Positions 9,556 through 18,240 of a stretch of DNA of 64,000 nucleotides are shown one piece after another. The stretch lies in contig OZ241744.1 of NCBI GenBank assembly GCA_965200965.1, positions 256,001 through 320,000 of the forward strand. Direction: 5' to 3'. The notes below the pieces were generated by a model. It saw only the letters and a list, made by a program, of their open reading frames with translations. It did no database searches and was not told the origin of the DNA. A program made the position numbers and the translations under genes. Origin of the DNA: an uncultured Candidatus Binatia bacterium (GTDB lineage: Bacteria > Desulfobacterota > Binatia > Bin18). How positions within the stretch are numbered: the stretch's first letter is position 1; the number at the start of each line of letters is the position of its first letter.

Positions 9556-12500
9556 CTAATAGCGCTTGCGCCAGATAATATCGGCGCTGCTGGAGCCTTT
9601 GGAGTTGGCGCTTGTCCGCAAATCGAGGTCAGGCGTAATCTCGTAGTCAATCGCCACTTCCTGGTCCTGTTCGCCGCCGATGCTGTGGGTGGCGGAAATG
9701 CGCGTTTTGCGGGTGAGCGCGCGCCCGAAGCCGATGTAGCCGCCGGAAAAATCCAGGCCACTCAGGTCAATGCCCAGGGCGTCCAGGCCAAGGACATCGG
9801 AAACCGATTGTCTGAGCTTTGCCGCGGCATAGCTGCTGGCCAGCGCCACGGCCTTTTGTTGCAGGTCAATCTCCTCGCCTTTATCCAGCGTGCTGGCGGG
9901 CTTGCCAAACAGCAACAGCGCCAAAATATCGGCCTGCTCCAAAGACGGCGTGCTGCGTAAATCCAGCGTCGGTGCCTCGCCCGTGCCGCCGACCACCGCG
10001 TCAACCACATAATCGTCATGGGTATATCGAGCGAGGATATCCAGCCGCGGATTCATCCGGGTCTCTTTGGCAAAGCTGATGGTTCCCCTGTTCAGGACGA
10101 ACCGACGACCCTGGAAGCCGGCCCAGCCGTCGGCCAGTTGAATAACCCCGGCGAGATACGGTGCCTCGTCCGGTTTTTTGATGACGGCGACCCCTCCGCC
10201 TACAGTGATATTGGCGCTTTGATGCTGGAGGCGGGCGGTGTGGCCTAGGTCCAGCGTCACGTCCAGGGCAAGAGTGTTCAGCCCCGCGGGGGAGCGGGCC
10301 GTCTCCGCGTCCGTCCCGCTGTGGTCGGGCTGGGGCGCGCCGGCACCCGGTTGCACGACAATAGTCTCATCGTGGTGCAAAGGCTGAGCCGAGAGAAACG
10401 ACAGTTCCGGGCGGAGCGTGGCCTGCCGTACGCTGATGTGGCCCTTGAGGTGTGGAGCGGTGAGCAGGCCGCTGGCCGTGAGTTGGCCGTCAACCTCGAC
10501 CCGGTACCGGTGGGTCCATATCGCCGGCCAGCCGTCTGCCGTAAAGCTCAAGTCCAGGGCTTGCGGCCGGTAATCCGCCAGTTCAATAAGCCCGACCCCG
10601 CTCAGGCTGCCGCCGCCGGCTGTGGCCGTTAGTTGGGTGATGTGGAGGTGCCGGGGGCTCAGGCGGCCTGTGAGGCTGATCGGACTCACGGCAAGTCCCA
10701 GCGGTTTGACTGTGGCCCGGCCATCTTTCAGGCCAAAAGTGCCGGTCAGCAGTGGTCTGTCGACCGGCCCGCTGGCGTCCAGATCGAGATGAAGCGTACC
10801 GGCGATGTCGTCCGCCACCCTGCCGCTGAACGCGTTGAGAGAGGCGAGGTTGAGGCCGTCTGAACGAATGCCCACATCCAGATCGCCGAGGACGGCGGCC
10901 CGAAGACCCCGGGCCCAGCCGAGCGACACGGGCAGGCTGCCGTCGGCGTGCAGGGCGTGGTTCTCGTCCTGATGAAAGATGAACTGAAGGCGGGCTTTTT
11001 TGTCTTGGTAGTGGATCGTGGCGCTCAAGCCTTGGTAGGTCTGACCGGCAATCTGGGCTTCGCGCACGGCTGTGCTGCCGGCGATGGACGGAGCCTCGGC
11101 AGTCCCGGCAATCTGGACATGGGCCGAGAACAGGCCGCGTATGCGCGGCTGGCGGGGCAGCAGGCCGGCGAGTTCTTTGAGCGAAACGTCTTGAATCTGG
11201 AGCTGCAAATCCTGGCGACCGGTCGTGGCCAGACTGCCCCGCAGGATGATCTGTTGATCTGGCTGGTCGTGTTTCGCCAGGGCAAAACGGTCAAGCTGGA
11301 TGCCGCCCGCCTGATAGTGAACCCTGGCCGCTTGGGTCAGCCGCCAGGTGCCGAGCGGCAGAGCCACAGACAACTCCTGGAGTTGGGCCACAATCCGCTC
11401 CGGCTCGGCTACAATGTGCGCCCGGAGACGGTGCTGACGCTCAGGGGTCTGCGTAGCGGTGAGGCGGAGATGCAGCCGGTGGTCCTGGCCGGCCTTGGAT
11501 TGGCCAGGAGCAAGTTGCACATCGCCGCGGAGCGTTTGCAGGGCAAGCCCGGCTTGGAGATCGCTCAGCCCGATAGTGAGGCTGGCCTGGGGCTGGGGCT
11601 GGCCAAGCCGCGTGGCGGTAAAGTCGATCGCGGCCGCGGCCAGCGACAACTCGGCCAGCCGTACAGCCTCGGCCCTGAGCTTGCCCTGGGTCCGAATGTT
11701 GCCCGGACGGCCCTCGGCCATTCCCTCCAGCGTGAGTCGCCCCGAGCCTTCCCGACCAGCTAGGCCCAACCAGGGGGAGAGCCGATCAATCTGGAGCGAG
11801 TAGGACAAACGGCTGCTGTGGTCAAGGGCCGTGTCCAACTCCCCGGCGATAGTCAGCCGGGCGTCCGGGGTGAGCAGCGTCGCCTCTGAGATGTGGACTT
11901 GTCCACCGACTATGCGGGCGACGAGCCGGCCGTGGGTGAGGTCCAGCCGGCCGAGCCGGGACGGCTGAAGCGTCATCTCTACTCGGGTGTTCAGGCTTGG
12001 CAGCGCGAGGCCGGTCCCCTGGAGTCTCCCGCGCAGTTTGAGTGCGCCGCTGATCACATCGTGTCCGGCCGCGGCCAGCCGGTCGGCGGCAAAGTTGAGG
12101 CTGTACTCGGGGGTTTCAGCCAAGGCCAGCCGGCCCTGCCAGGTGGCGTGGCCAAGGCCGCCGGTCAGCTCTCCGCTAAGCGTGGCCGTCCCGTTGGCCA
12201 GCCGAGCCTGAACCGAGACGGTTCCCAACTCGACCCCGGCTAACTGTAGCCTCTCGCCCCGAAGGTTTGTCTCGGCCTCAAGCGCAGACACGGCCGTGCC
12301 GACCCCACGGCCACGCAGGCTGCCGTGTATCAGCCCGCGGACACCGCCGAGCGTCTCGTCTGCCGTGTCCAGCAGCCGGGTCAGATCGACATGGGCCAGC
12401 CTCAGCGTTCCCTGATAGCGCGGGGGTTGCTGGCTGAGGTCAGCCTCGGCCTGGGCATCAAGCGTCGCCCCGGCCGTCTTGAGGTGCAGAGTCGCCTGCA

Positions 12501-13374
12501 AATCGCCCGGGCGGCCTGTGAGCTGCACCCGTCCTGCTATATCGTGCTTGAGTGGCAGCCCGGGCGCGAACTGGAGCACATCGGCCAGCCCGATTTTTTC
12601 CAGGCTGAGTTCAAGAGCAAGGCCGAGTTCGGCTGTGCCCACATTGCTGAGCTGGCCGGTCAGCCGAAGCCGGGAATGGTCTGTTGTGAGGCTGAGTTGG
12701 TGCAGCCGGACTGCGGGCGGGGCGGTGCCGTGGTGGTAGTGAGCAGTGGCTTCGACGCCCAGGGGCGGAATACCTTCGGCCAAGGCGTGCAGGCTCAGCT
12801 GACGGATGTCGACGTCAAGGCCGCTTGGAGTGATATCGAGCCGAGCGTCGAGACGCAGAGCGTTCAACTGACAGCTTTGGTCCCCGCGGCTCAGAGCGAT
12901 CCGCCCATTCTCTATGGTCAGGTTTTCCAGGCTGATGATGAGGCTCGGCGGGTTCCGCGGCCCCTCCTGGGTAGCTGACGAGACGGCTTCGAGCAGCTTG
13001 ACCCCGCCCCCGTCACTCTGGGCTATGCGCATAAACGGTCCGACGAGCGAGATGTCCGAGACCTCCAGCCGCTCCTTGAACAGGGACAGGAGCCGATACC
13101 GGGCGGTCAGCCGGGGAATGTGGATCAAGGTCTCGCCCCGGTGCTCAAGACGGAACTGATGCACAATCAGGGAACCCCACAGCGTGCCTTCAAGTCGCTC
13201 AAAGCTGAACTGTCCGACGAGGCTGGTGTTGAGGATGTCAAGAAGGTGCTGGCGGGCCAGGGTGCGAAACTGCTCAGTGCGCACAAACACCAAGCCGCTT
13301 ACCATGACCAGCCCGAGCAGCAGCCCGAGCAGCAACAGGCTCCGACGCAGGATTGTCCACACGGTCGCCATCAC
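9556..13374 (-). CDS. tamB: Translocation and assembly module TamB (DUF490) family protein
   Basis: 1272 aa with an N-terminal TM anchor, a long beta-taco-like body and a DUF490-like C-terminus (FQGRRFVLNRGTISF...NPRLDILA...LEQADILALLLFGKP); adjacent to tamA. Confidence 0.85.
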   Translation of the reverse strand: MMATVWTILRRSLLLLGLLLGLVMVSGLVFVRTEQFRTLARQHLLDILNTSLVGQFSFERLEGTLWGSLIVHQFRLEHRGETLIHIPRLTARYRLLSLFKERLEVSDISLVGPFMRIAQSDGGGVKLLEAVSSATQEGPRNPPSLIISLENLTIENGRIALSRGDQSCQLNALRLDARLDITPSGLDVDIRQLSLHALAEGIPPLGVEATAHYHHGTAPPAVRLHQLSLTTDHSRLRLTGQLSNVGTAELGLALELSLEKIGLADVLQFAPGLPLKHDIAGRVQLTGRPGDLQATLHLKTAGATLDAQAEADLSQQPPRYQGTLRLAHVDLTRLLDTADETLGGVRGLIHGSLRGRGVGTAVSALEAETNLRGERLQLAGVELGTVSVQARLANGTATLSGELTGGLGHATWQGRLALAETPEYSLNFAADRLAAAGHDVISGALKLRGRLQGTGLALPSLNTRVEMTLQPSRLGRLDLTHGRLVARIVGGQVHISEATLLTPDARLTIAGELDTALDHSSRLSYSLQIDRLSPWLGLAGREGSGRLTLEGMAEGRPGNIRTQGKLRAEAVRLAELSLAAAAIDFTATRLGQPQPQASLTIGLSDLQAGLALQTLRGDVQLAPGQSKAGQDHRLHLRLTATQTPERQHRLRAHIVAEPERIVAQLQELSVALPLGTWRLTQAARVHYQAGGIQLDRFALAKHDQPDQQIILRGSLATTGRQDLQLQIQDVSLKELAGLLPRQPRIRGLFSAHVQIAGTAEAPSIAGSTAVREAQIAGQTYQGLSATIHYQDKKARLQFIFHQDENHALHADGSLPVSLGWARGLRAAVLGDLDVGIRSDGLNLASLNAFSGRVADDIAGTLHLDLDASGPVDRPLLTGTFGLKDGRATVKPLGLAVSPISLTGRLSPRHLHITQLTATAGGGSLSGVGLIELADYRPQALDLSFTADGWPAIWTHRYRVEVDGQLTASGLLTAPHLKGHISVRQATLRPELSFLSAQPLHHDETIVVQPGAGAPQPDHSGTDAETARSPAGLNTLALDVTLDLGHTARLQHQSANITVGGGVAVIKKPDEAPYLAGVIQLADGWAGFQGRRFVLNRGTISFAKETRMNPRLDILARYTHDDYVVDAVVGGTGEAPTLDLRSTPSLEQADILALLLFGKPASTLDKGEEIDLQQKAVALASSYAAAKLRQSVSDVLGLDALGIDLSGLDFSGGYIGFGRALTRKTRISATHSIGGEQDQEVAIDYEITPDLDLRTSANSKGSSSADIIWRKRY

Positions 13375-13386
13375 CCAGCAGAGTCC

Positions 13387-15273
13387 TCAGAAGAATTGTC
13401 CCACACTGAAATGCGGCTGCCAGAGATTATCATCAGAGGGCGGGTCAAAGGGGAAGCCCACCTGCAGCTGGATCGGGCCGAAGCGGGTAGCATAGCCAAG
13501 GCCAAAACCGGCGGCAAACCGCAGGGCATCAATCGAGATATCGTAAGCCCGGGCCTCAAGCTGACCGAAATCGACGAACACGGCCCCGCTTAGCGCCTTC
13601 CACACCGGGCGGCGGAGTTCTACCGATCCTTCGATCAGGCTCAGGCCGCCGAGCGGGTCGTCCGAGCGGCTCAGCGGTCCGAGGCGGCGACGACCGTACC
13701 CCCGCACACTTTTCTCGCCGCCGGCGTACAGGCGTTCGGAGAGGGGCAGGTTTGTCACCGGGCCAAAGGCATCGGCCAAGCCGACTTTGAGGCGGCTGGC
13801 CACCACCGTCTGCCAGCCGAGCGCATAGTATGTTTTGGCCTCGGTCGTCAGCGTATAAAAGTGGTAATCCGGGCTGCTGGTTTGCGCAAAGTTGAGCGAC
13901 ACCACGCTGCCCCGTTTGGGGTCCAGCCGGTCTGTGGTGGTGTCCCAGGCCAGTTCCAGGACGGGGCCAGAGAGCAGCCCCTCACGTTCAATGCCGCCGA
14001 GAGCGCGGATCGTTGACGGCGAGATATTATTCAGTCTGGCGAACTCCAGCCGGTAGCCGACAGCCCCGGACAGGTTGGAGGAGAAGCGGTGTTCGAGCCG
14101 GGGCCGAAAGCGGGTGTAGTTCAGCAGAAAGGTCTCTTCGTCTTCCTGGCCCTGGCTGAGGTCGAGAACCAGCCGAGCGCGTTTGGTCAGGAAATGGGGT
14201 TGGACGAGTTGCACCCCCAAGGAGCGGGTGATGGACGAGAATTTCAGCAGCACCGACAGACGCCGCCCGCCGCCAAGCCAGTTCCGGTGCTGCCATTCAA
14301 TATAGCCGCGGAACTCATCCTCAGTGCCATAGCCCAGACCGAGCTTGAAATCTCGTGGTGGGCCTTCCTTGACCCGTACCCGCAGCGGGACCACCCGGGG
14401 CCGGCCGTTGGATTGGGTCGGGGCAATCTGGACGGAATCAAACAGGCCCAAGTCCAGCAGGTTTTGGCGGGTCGCGTTCAGAGGCTGGAGAGAGAACTGC
14501 TGGCCGGGCAGGTAGGTGAAGTCCCGTCTGAGGAGTTGGGGGGCGATGCCTTCCAGACCCTCAATATGGGTCTGGCCGAAAACGGTCGGTGGGCCGGGAC
14601 GAATCCGGTAGCGCAGGTGGGCGGTTCGCTGGTCAAGGAGCAGTTCAGCCGCGCGCCTGACCTCGGTCCAGCCATAGCCGCGGTCAAGAAAAAATGTCTT
14701 GAGTTGGGCTGCGGCCGCCCGGTAGCCGTCCTCGGTAAAAATGTCACCCTGTTTGACTGGCAGGTCGGGGAGCCGGGTATCAGAGGGCGGCGCGTGTTGG
14801 TCTGGTTGGGAGGGCTGTCTATCAAGTTGAATATCCACCCGTCCGACCCGGATCGGCTCCCCCTCGTCAATACGAATACGGAGACTGAGCAGGCCGCCTG
14901 CACCGCGGTCCCAGAGACGTTTTTCCTGGCGGGTCAACTCGTAGTGCAGGGTCGCATGATAATAGCCGTGGGAGCGATACAGACGGGTCAGGCGCTTCAG
15001 ATCAAGGCTAAAGGCGACCGGATCAAACAGGGGGTGGGCGCGCCACGGCGTATACCACGGGCGGGCCTCGGTGGTCAGAGCCGCCCGCAACTCGGCTTTG
15101 GCGAGGCGCGTATGACCGGAAAAGCTCAGCCCGCCCAGCCGCCATTGCCGGGCCGGATCAAGGTCGTCAAGGGTGAGGGCAAAGGCCGGCGGAAACAGCC
15201 CGCCCACCAGCGTCGCCACCAGACAGACCAGCAGCAGCCGTCCCGGTGCTGTACACCCTCTTCGCGGATACAT
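13387..15273 (-). CDS. tamA: BamA/TamA (Omp85) family outer membrane protein
   Basis: Signal peptide, POTRA-like segments, YAGGEKSVRGYG (VRGY motif), terminal FSVGQFF. Likely start is ATG 15273 after GAAGAGG. Confidence 0.85.
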   Translation of the reverse strand: MYPRRGCTAPGRLLLVCLVATLVGGLFPPAFALTLDDLDPARQWRLGGLSFSGHTRLAKAELRAALTTEARPWYTPWRAHPLFDPVAFSLDLKRLTRLYRSHGYYHATLHYELTRQEKRLWDRGAGGLLSLRIRIDEGEPIRVGRVDIQLDRQPSQPDQHAPPSDTRLPDLPVKQGDIFTEDGYRAAAAQLKTFFLDRGYGWTEVRRAAELLLDQRTAHLRYRIRPGPPTVFGQTHIEGLEGIAPQLLRRDFTYLPGQQFSLQPLNATRQNLLDLGLFDSVQIAPTQSNGRPRVVPLRVRVKEGPPRDFKLGLGYGTEDEFRGYIEWQHRNWLGGGRRLSVLLKFSSITRSLGVQLVQPHFLTKRARLVLDLSQGQEDEETFLLNYTRFRPRLEHRFSSNLSGAVGYRLEFARLNNISPSTIRALGGIEREGLLSGPVLELAWDTTTDRLDPKRGSVVSLNFAQTSSPDYHFYTLTTEAKTYYALGWQTVVASRLKVGLADAFGPVTNLPLSERLYAGGEKSVRGYGRRRLGPLSRSDDPLGGLSLIEGSVELRRPVWKALSGAVFVDFGQLEARAYDISIDALRFAAGFGLGYATRFGPIQLQVGFPFDPPSDDNLWQPHFSVGQFF

Positions 15274-15516
15274 TTGCACCTCTTCATATACCCCGGACGA
15301 GCGTCTGTAAAGCGTGGTCAGGCCCCTCAGGCTTGCGGTCGGCGGGCGGGCTTTTGATAGACAGGACGGGACAAGACAGCCAACCACCATGATTGAGGAG
15401 ACTCATATCTCCGCGGGAAACGCAGAACCCGCCCACCACCAGGCTCCGGTACAGTTGGCGATGGGAGATGCCGGTTGGCTCCGGTTCCTGTTCCTGCTGA
15501 GCGACACCCCCGTTCG

Positions 15517-15735
15517 ATGATCTCCGTATTCTTCCTGCTGTCCCTTGCCCTCTATGCCTACGCCGTAGCCTGCATCTTCGTGCCGCTCTTCATGCTCGGG
15601 GTGCTCGCGTACGGTAAGGTCCCCCTCGTCTACAATCGTCAGGAATTACAGTTCTTGCCACCGTCAGATTTCGTCATTGTCAAATTTCGTGACTATAGCG
15701 TGGTGTACCGCCGCCATAGCGGCGACTCGGGGTAA
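15517..15735 (+). pseudogene. Short hydrophobic ORF, possibly a remnant of an unrelated ArnT-like membrane protein
   Basis: SLALYAYAVACIFVPLFMLG...YNRQEL resembles from memory the 'LYxYxxxRIFVPLF' TM segment of ArnT-like proteins. Its stop abuts the stop of array copy 1. Confidence 0.3.
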
Positions 15736-18240
15736 CTACTCGGGGGAGGCCCATTCCACCTCCCAGCCCCGGCCAGCCGCAGTGACCTGCCCGGTGCGGA
15801 GACGCGCCAGAGGGTAGGCGGGCAGCCGCACCGTCGCCAGACACTTGTCAGCAAACCGCGCCGCCTGCTGCACATGCGGCAGGCGGTGCCGCCACCGGTG
15901 GAAGCCGAAATCCAGGGCCGCAAACCCGAAGGGCCGCCGCGCAGCGGTCAGCACCGCCCGGTCCCGGGGGAAGACATGCAGGAAGAAGCGCCCCTGCGTG
16001 TCCGCCCGCTGACACCCCGCTTTGACATAGGTCAGGGTCCGCCCGTCCAGGTAGAGGGCAAAGTCAGAGCGGGCCACCGGCGGGGCCGCCACCGCTGCCC
16101 GGTATGTCGCCTCAAGCAGGTCGGTCGCGGTTACGCCAGCAGCCGACCACGCCAGGGCGACGTGCCAGCGATCCACTCCCTCGGGGACGAACAGGCGGGC
16201 TTCAAGGGTTTGGATCGGATAGGGGGGCAGTGTCCGCCGGATCAGACACGCCCCGTCAACGCGGACCCCGTAATCGGGAAAGATGAAGTTCAGGACCTCA
16301 GTGCCTGGCACTCGACGCCACGCGGGGCGGTCGGCAGCGGCAGCGTCAGCGTCAGCGGGGTCCACGGGCACGACATGGACCACGAAGCGCCCCCGCACAT
16401 CGGCCGGCCGGCAGGGGGCCTTCACCCAGGTCAGGGTGGTCCCCTCCAGGTACAGGTCGAACGCCGAGCGGAGGAGGGGCGGCCCGGCGGTGGTGGCCCG
16501 GTAGAGTTGCTGGTAGCGCTCGACGGTGGCCGCGTCCACCAGGGCCGGGTCGCTTGCGCTCACCGTGAGGATGGTGTTGTTGTAGACTTGGCGGGTGTAG
16601 ACAACGGGTGCGAAGGGGCGATCAAGGCTGTCTCTCCACCCAGTGAACACATGAGAGGTCACATGAAAGTCTCCCTCCTCCTCCATTCCGTCGGCGAAGA
16701 CAATGCGACGCCGGGCTGCCTTGGGAAGGATGTCCCAGTTCCTTATGTGACGGCCGGTGGGATGGCCATTGGGACGGCCCGACGCCAGAGAGACAGGTGA
16801 AGTGGGATAGCGCTGGAGCAGATATTCCAGCCCCTCCCGGTACACCGTCCCCCAGTAGTCCATGTCATACTGCCCACGCAGGTACTCGGGCGTACTCCGG
16901 TCCACCAGCCGGTTGAAATAGAGGTGCTGGTAGGGATGAAGCCCAACCATTTCGATGACCACGCCAGCCAGACCAGCTACGGCCAGGCCATAGACACCGG
17001 CCCGCAGGGCTGGCCAGCGGCATACGCCAGCCAGCCGCCGCAGACCGGCCACGGCCAGCAGACACAGCGGGGCGTAGAGGAAATACATCTGCCGCCAGTT
17101 GTGGTAGACGTTGGCATTGAGGACGATGACGGCCCCAACGGGCAGGAGCACACAGGCCACGAGCAGCCCCTCAAAGCGGGTGGTGGGGTTGCGGAGCCAC
17201 TCGCCGGGGTGGGTCAGAGTCTGCCGGAGCACACCAGCCGCCCCGATGAGGCTCAGCAGCAGCACGCCCGGCGGGGTGGTGATGGCCAGCCAGGTCGGAA
17301 TGTAGTGCGCCGGAAGGTCCGGCCAGCGGATGACCTCGCCTTGAAAGAGCATAGTAGGACGGTGAGAGTGCTGGGAGAGAACTGCAATCGCGTCAAGCAG
17401 CTCCAGCGGATTGCCCCACAGATAGGGCGAGACCGCATACAGCGTCAAGACACTGGCCAGCCCGAACACCCCCAGCGTCCTCCCCACCTGCCGCCGTTCC
17501 GCCCGATTTCCCGCTCGCACCCAATCCACTACCCGCATCACCATCACCGCCACAAACAATCCCCCGCCCATGATGCGTAAGTTCGTTGCGACCCCCACCC
17601 CTACCCCACACAGCGCATACGCCCCCACCCCCCCCCGCTGCCACGCCCGATGAATCAGGGCCAGACAGCCCAGGAAGGCCACCAGGAAGGGGATGTCCTT
17701 GGTGTTGACAAACGAGTGGGCATACAGCCGGGGATGGAGGACGAAGAGGCCGAGGGCCAGCAGGGCCAGCCAGCGGCTGCCGAACAGCCGGGCGGCCAGC
17801 CAGGCCGCGCCCCCGCCGCCGGCCAGAAAGCAGAGGTGGGTGAGCAGATGGCGGCTCAAGTAGATGGCGCGGCTGTCGGTGAGGCCGAGCAGCCGCTCAA
17901 CCAGGACCAACGGCACTTCGAAGACAATGCCGTAGTAGCGGTTGTGGGGGGGACCGGGGGGGCGCAGGGTCTCGGTGTCGCCCAGCGCATAGGCGATTGC
18001 CGCCTGGCCGATCCCGTGTTGCTCCTTCTCGTCCCACCCCACCCCGTAATCGTCAAGGACGGCCAGGCCCACCACGGCCAGCACCGCCAGGGCCAGCAGG
18101 ACACTGTGGGCGGCCACGAAGGCCACCGCCGCCGTGGACCAGCGGCCCACGGACCGGGGGACAGAGGTCACGATGAGCCTGCCCAGGTGGGCGGCCATGG
18201 AGGTGCCGCCAGCCGTGCCCCGAATGTCAGCCGGCCTCAA
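15736..18240 (-). CDS. GT-C (ArnT/PMT-like) glycosyltransferase, copy 1 (last in operon), 2 C-terminal domains, unique C-terminus
   Basis: DDYGVGWDE motif after TM1, multiple TM helices, HSFVNTKDIPF motif. The start may instead be the internal MAAHLG. Confidence 0.85.
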   Translation of the reverse strand: MRPADIRGTAGGTSMAAHLGRLIVTSVPRSVGRWSTAAVAFVAAHSVLLALAVLAVVGLAVLDDYGVGWDEKEQHGIGQAAIAYALGDTETLRPPGPPHNRYYGIVFEVPLVLVERLLGLTDSRAIYLSRHLLTHLCFLAGGGGAAWLAARLFGSRWLALLALGLFVLHPRLYAHSFVNTKDIPFLVAFLGCLALIHRAWQRGGVGAYALCGVGVGVATNLRIMGGGLFVAVMVMRVVDWVRAGNRAERRQVGRTLGVFGLASVLTLYAVSPYLWGNPLELLDAIAVLSQHSHRPTMLFQGEVIRWPDLPAHYIPTWLAITTPPGVLLLSLIGAAGVLRQTLTHPGEWLRNPTTRFEGLLVACVLLPVGAVIVLNANVYHNWRQMYFLYAPLCLLAVAGLRRLAGVCRWPALRAGVYGLAVAGLAGVVIEMVGLHPYQHLYFNRLVDRSTPEYLRGQYDMDYWGTVYREGLEYLLQRYPTSPVSLASGRPNGHPTGRHIRNWDILPKAARRRIVFADGMEEEGDFHVTSHVFTGWRDSLDRPFAPVVYTRQVYNNTILTVSASDPALVDAATVERYQQLYRATTAGPPLLRSAFDLYLEGTTLTWVKAPCRPADVRGRFVVHVVPVDPADADAAAADRPAWRRVPGTEVLNFIFPDYGVRVDGACLIRRTLPPYPIQTLEARLFVPEGVDRWHVALAWSAAGVTATDLLEATYRAAVAAPPVARSDFALYLDGRTLTYVKAGCQRADTQGRFFLHVFPRDRAVLTAARRPFGFAALDFGFHRWRHRLPHVQQAARFADKCLATVRLPAYPLARLRTGQVTAAGRGWEVEWASPE

